Below are positions 15,636-19,263 of a stretch of DNA of 19,263 bases, in pieces (position 1 is the first letter of the stretch; each line of letters opens with the position of its first letter). Made by a program: the position numbers and the translations under genes. The stretch is from Candidatus Jordarchaeales archaeon (GTDB lineage Archaea; Asgardarchaeota; Jordiarchaeia; Jordiarchaeales; Freyrarchaeaceae). The stretch spans positions 1 to 19,263 of the forward strand of contig JAWCFL010000026.1 in assembly GCA_038858525.1 (NCBI GenBank), written 5' to 3'. Under the pieces are notes generated by a model that was given only the letters and a program-made list of their open reading frames with translations, ran no database searches and had not been told where the DNA came from.

Positions 15636-17198
15636 TTGCATGACACGATTGCCGTCTTGGACTTCGGCGGGCAGTACACTCACCTTATATCGAGGAGAGT
15701 AAGGGAGCTCGGGGTCTACTCAGAAATATTTCCCTTCAGCGTGGATTTAAGCGAGCTTGATGGAAGAAGAGTTAAGGGAGTTATACTTTCAGGCGGCCCG
15801 AGAAGCGTCTACGAGGAAGGAAGCCCAAAGATCGGCTACGATTTTTTCCAGTGGTGTGAGGCTAGAGGAGTTCCGGTTCTCGGGATATGTTACGGACACC
15901 AGCTTATAGCCCACGTTTTTGGAGGAGAAATAGAGAGAGGGGAGAGGAGAGAGTATGGAAAGGCGCTCCTTTACGTTGAGGATGAGGACGAGCTCTTCAG
16001 GGGGCTTGGCGTCGTAGAGACGGTCTGGATGAGCCACGGCGACGCCGTCACTAAACTTCCTGAGGGGTTCAAGGTTCTGGGCAGGACTGAGGGCACACCT
16101 ATTGCAGCGTACGCGGACCCGGAGAGGAAGATTTTCGGCGTCCAGTTCCACCCCGAAGTAGCACACACGTCTAAGGGGTTGAAGATCCTTGAGAACTTCG
16201 CCGTGAAGGTCTGCGGGTGTAGGCCGACGTGGGTTGTAGAGAACTGGGCTGAGGAGGCTGTGAACGAGGTAAGAGAAAGGATCAAGGAGGGGGGAAACAT
16301 TATAATGGCTGTTAGCGGAGGCGTCGACTCAACGGTTGCAGCGACAATAATACATTTGGCTGCAGGGGACAGGCTTCACTGCGTCTTCGTCGATAACGGG
16401 CTTCTGAGGAAGGGGGAGTCTGAAGAGGTTGTAAGGACGTTCAGGGAGAAGTTGAAGTTCAGAAACTTTCACTTTGTGGATGCAGGCGACCTTTTCCTTG
16501 AAAGGCTAAAAGGCGTCACCGACCCCGAGGAGAAGAGGAAGGTGATAGCTCACACGTTCATAGAGGTCTTCGAAAAGAAGGCTAAGGAGCTCGAGGAGAA
16601 ACATGGCGAGTTCAGGTTCTTGGGGCAGGGGACAATATACCCGGACAGAGTTGAGTCGGCTGCCACAAGCCAAGCCGCAGCGAGGATAAAGTCCCATCAC
16701 AACGTGACCCTCCCGGAGAGGATGAAGCTAAAGGTTGTCGAGCCACTAGCCTCCCTCTACAAGGATGAGGTAAGGAGGCTTGGTGAGAAACTTGGGATAC
16801 CGAGAGAAATACTCTGGAGGCACCCCTTCCCGGGACCAAGCCTAGCGGTGAGGGTGCTGGGGGAGGTGACAAGAGATAAACTCGAAATAGTGAGGGAGGC
16901 CGACGCTATAGTGGAGGAGGAGGTCAGAAGGGCTGGAGTTTATGAGAAGCTCTGGCAGGCATTCGCGGTCCTCCTCCCCGTCAGGGCGGTGGGCGTCATG
17001 GGCGACGCGAGGACGTATGATTACGTTGTGGCAATAAGAGCGGTTGAAAGCTTAGACGCCATGACAGCTAACTTCGCCAAGCTAGACTGGAACCTCCTAG
17101 AAAGAATAGCTTCAAGAATAGTTAATGAGGTCAAAGGCGTAAACCGCGTAGTCTACGACGTAACCAATAAACCACCAGCAACAATAGAGTGGGAGTAA
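15636..17198 (+). CDS. guaA: GMP synthase (glutamine-hydrolysing), GATase and ATPPase fused in one chain
   Basis: 'LDFGGQY', 'LGICYGHQ', 'QFHPEV' (Cys-His-Glu triad), 'SGGVDS', 'IKSHHNV', 'PFPGP' and C-terminal 'KPPATIEWE'. 520 aa. Confidence 0.97.
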   Translation: MHDTIAVLDFGGQYTHLISRRVRELGVYSEIFPFSVDLSELDGRRVKGVILSGGPRSVYEEGSPKIGYDFFQWCEARGVPVLGICYGHQLIAHVFGGEIERGERREYGKALLYVEDEDELFRGLGVVETVWMSHGDAVTKLPEGFKVLGRTEGTPIAAYADPERKIFGVQFHPEVAHTSKGLKILENFAVKVCGCRPTWVVENWAEEAVNEVRERIKEGGNIIMAVSGGVDSTVAATIIHLAAGDRLHCVFVDNGLLRKGESEEVVRTFREKLKFRNFHFVDAGDLFLERLKGVTDPEEKRKVIAHTFIEVFEKKAKELEEKHGEFRFLGQGTIYPDRVESAATSQAAARIKSHHNVTLPERMKLKVVEPLASLYKDEVRRLGEKLGIPREILWRHPFPGPSLAVRVLGEVTRDKLEIVREADAIVEEEVRRAGVYEKLWQAFAVLLPVRAVGVMGDARTYDYVVAIRAVESLDAMTANFAKLDWNLLERIASRIVNEVKGVNRVVYDVTNKPPATIEWE

Positions 17199-17342
17199 AA
17201 TAAAAAAAAGCAAGGTAGAAAGCGCAGTGCAAAAGCCACCTGAAGACTAAGATTGCCAAATAATTTTTCTTGCTCCTTGATAGTTCCTCTTTAAGCTTTC
17301 ATAGAAGTCCTCCTTTTCTTCCGAGTCCGGTCTTGGACCAAT

Positions 17343-17561
17343 TTAGAATGGAAGGCCGTGCCTGATTTTCTCTAGTTTTTTCTGTTTTTTCAGTTCCTTC
17401 TTGACTTGTTTATAGTGTTTCTCGCACAGGTAGACCTTTTTTCCACTTGATTGAAGCGAAAGGCCCACTTTCGGCATGATCTTAGCGATTTCTTCTTGGG
17501 AGAAGGACCTAGCGGCGGGGTTCCCGCACCCCTCAACACTACACGAATGCGTCTGCTTCAT
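17343..17561 (-). CDS. Small basic C2CH zinc-finger protein (72 aa)
   Basis: C-x4-C-x33-C-x2-H (CSVEGC...LCEKHY) followed by a Lys-rich helix. ATG 17561 after GGGAAGGG. Confidence 0.75.
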   Translation of the reverse strand: MKQTHSCSVEGCGNPAARSFSQEEIAKIMPKVGLSLQSSGKKVYLCEKHYKQVKKELKKQKKLEKIRHGLPF

Positions 17562-17585
17562 GAAAAACCCTTCCCGCAACTAATT

Positions 17586-18539
17586 TTAAACATTAAGGAG
17601 GCGCTTAATCGAGGCGAGGTCTTCTTTAATTTTTTGGTTTCCCGTTCCCTCGGCGAACGCCTCGAACTCTTCCATGATTGCTTTAAACTCGTCCAGCATT
17701 TTAAACTTATGATAGACCAGCAACGTGTACTTGAAGGCTGTCGACATAACAACCTGGAACTCAGGGTCATTACCCCAAACCTTAATGCTCCTTAAAATTT
17801 CAAGGAACATTGAAACCTCACCTGTTTTTCCTCTTACGCCAAAGTTGTAGATTGAGTCTGCTAAAGCCTTGGCCAGCATGAGCTGGGTCTCACGCGCATT
17901 CGGATAGCATGAAGCCTGCTCTATAAGGGCTGAAAGAAGGGGTTCCGAGACGTCTAGGCGTCCGGCGGAATTAGCGGCGACTATGGCGTTGAAGAGTCCT
18001 TGGGAAACAGTTAGCTGCACTCGCGTCGCTTCCCACTCGCGCCCCAGTTCCAGTAGCTCGGCTGCAAGCGCCTTAACCTCCTGCCAGTTTCCGACCTCAG
18101 CGTACTGATATATTGCGTTGGAAAGGCCGGCTCCAAGGGAGAACGCGAAGTTAAACATGCTGGTCATACTCCTGTAAGCGTCTCTTAGAATGCCTAAATA
18201 CCTTGGAATATCAATCGTTTTTTCGCCTCTCGCCAGCAGGGCTAAAGCCGCTACGACGCCGTCAAGCCGCTCCAAGATAACTCCCACATTACTGAAGGGG
18301 GAGGTTACCTCTAGAAGCTCCTCGAAGACGCCCTCTGCCTCCTTAAGCTTCTCTTCAGACGCAAGCTTGATTAGCGCCGAGACGAGGACTTTAGCTCTCA
18401 GCCTAGCTATGTACGCGTTATCAGGATGAGACAGACTAAGCTTCCTCAACCTTGACAAAGCATCACCAATGCCTATTACCCCAGACCTTAAATCCTCAGT
18501 GATCTTCTCCGCTTCCAGAACCTCATCATTAGTACTCAT
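17586..18539 (-). CDS. Helical repeat (TPR-like) protein, six 43-44 aa units (317 aa)
   Basis: Units start LRKL/LLEV/LRDA/LLEL/LIEQ/LRSI at 43-44 aa intervals with a shared 'LA.AL.NAI...G' type segment. TATA (TTATAT) about 28 nt before the ATG suggests leaderless mRNA. Confidence 0.7.
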   Translation of the reverse strand: MSTNDEVLEAEKITEDLRSGVIGIGDALSRLRKLSLSHPDNAYIARLRAKVLVSALIKLASEEKLKEAEGVFEELLEVTSPFSNVGVILERLDGVVAALALLARGEKTIDIPRYLGILRDAYRSMTSMFNFAFSLGAGLSNAIYQYAEVGNWQEVKALAAELLELGREWEATRVQLTVSQGLFNAIVAANSAGRLDVSEPLLSALIEQASCYPNARETQLMLAKALADSIYNFGVRGKTGEVSMFLEILRSIKVWGNDPEFQVVMSTAFKYTLLVYHKFKMLDEFKAIMEEFEAFAEGTGNQKIKEDLASIKRLLNV

Positions 18540-18589
18540 AAATAAAATGTGAGAACGAAAAAATAGATATAATTTCTCTTAAATGCGTG

Positions 18590-18636
18590 CCCTTTTTGAT
18601 GAGCTGATAAATGAGACATGCTCTCTGAATGAAGGG
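18590..18636 (+). ncRNA. Possible compact C/D-box-like small RNA (non-canonical spacing)
   Basis: TTGATGA (18596-18602), CTGA (18604-18607), ATGAGA (18611-18616) and CTGA (18625-18628), flanked by CCCTT/AAGGG. The first guide is only 1 nt, so the call is weak. Confidence 0.22.
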
Positions 18637-18754
18637 GGGAAATGAGCGCGGCTCGACGAGTTGTTTAAAAAAGAGAAGCGTGTTTCTGGAGGAAGGCTAT
18701 GCGTAAGCTTCCCCGAGGACGCAGACCTCTATAAGTTGCTTTTCCCCCTTTCTT

Positions 18755-19263
18755 TTACTTTATTCGTCTTCCTGGTAGCATCCATCGTTCATGAACGCTA
18801 CTAAGCATGTTCTTAAGCTCAAACCATTTCTCTTCAGCTTCATCCAGCGGCATAAGTTTTCCTGCAAGCTCCTCCTCGCCTTCGACGTAGAGCTCGTAGA
18901 CTATTGTGGCAACGTCGTACTCGCTCAGCAGAGCCATATTTCTGGCGGCGGCCTCATATGCTTTTATTGGGGAGATGGAGACCATATCTTTCCAGTTCGC
19001 CTCGCGCGTGTAGTCGCAGGTCAGCGTGAACTCGTATGGTCCACCAGGATCAGCGAACTCGTACGAGGTCATCCATGGGATTCTAGCGTTGAGATTCACG
19101 GCATGGTCGAATAAGCGTCTGTCCGAGAGACGACGTACCAGTCCACCAAAAACGTCGAGGAAAGCACCAGCCTTCTCGGTAACCTCCCTCGCTTTCCCGG
19201 TTGGACATAGGAGATCGTCGTCTTCAATCTCCATTAGCTCCTTGACTATTCGTCCGCCTACCT
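18755..19263 (-). CDS. Hypothetical protein, possibly 5'-truncated by the window edge
   Basis: Frame has no stop from 18758 to the window end. ATG 19234 has AAGGAG just upstream and could be the real start (159 aa). No family recognised. Confidence 0.6.
   Translation of the reverse strand, partial: VGGRIVKELMEIEDDDLLCPTGKAREVTEKAGAFLDVFGGLVRRLSDRRLFDHAVNLNARIPWMTSYEFADPGGPYEFTLTCDYTREANWKDMVSISPIKAYEAAARNMALLSEYDVATIVYELYVEGEEELAGKLMPLDEAEEKWFELKNMLSSVHERWMLPGRRIK

Noticed and set aside
17291-17314. Strong RBS AGGAGG followed by ATG-AAA-GCT-TAA on the minus strand
   Set aside because: It encodes only three codons and no downstream frame gives a credible protein, so it is likely chance or a remnant.
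987-18659. GCTCGA(A/C)GAG recurring at 987, 11581 and 18650, each 3' of a minus-strand gene
   Set aside because: A 10-mer match among roughly 3 kb of intergenic DNA is expected by chance, and the flanks are not shared.
751-19114. Numerous 60-150 aa ORFs antisense to or nested in the called genes (e.g. 2303-2635, 3257-3661, 8287-8649, 9579-9881, 15221-15679, 15789-16166, 17451-17795, 18791-19114)
   Set aside because: They are Ser/Pro/Leu-rich shadow frames of well-supported genes, with no recognisable motifs or RBS.
1-19263. tRNA, rRNA, CRISPR array, IS element or integrase
   Set aside because: No cloverleaf, regularly spaced 24-40 bp repeats, terminal inverted repeats or transposase/recombinase motifs were seen.

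Overview
Archaeal chromosomal segment, probably from a thermophile of the TACK/Asgard range. This is inferred from BRE/TATA promoters, GGAGG/GGTGA ribosome-binding sites, frequent TTG/GTG starts, E/K/R-rich proteins, archaeal-type endonuclease IV, AK6 and a thiolase-DUF35 pair. Housekeeping genes are DUF169, AK6/Fap7 kinase, nfo, an aspartate-type aminotransferase, an MDP-1 phosphatase, DUF47 and a fused guaA. These are interleaved with two helical-repeat proteins, a radical SAM/SPASM enzyme with an N-terminal Cys-bearing extension (candidate membrane-lipid cross-linking Gms-type enzyme, unverified) and an MFS transporter. A 4.5-kb block holds three toxin-antitoxin modules: two different VapBC pairs, and an MntA-HepT pair in which both genes carry single-base frameshifts in G/C runs. 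The modules flank a thiolase-DUF35 pair. Other leads are a small basic C2CH zinc-finger protein, a repeated intergenic stem plus U-tract element, several operator-like palindromes and a compact C/D-box-like motif cluster. I saw no tRNA, rRNA, CRISPR array, integrase or transposase. I could not demonstrate a complete novel system from sequence alone, so the findings are leads to test.
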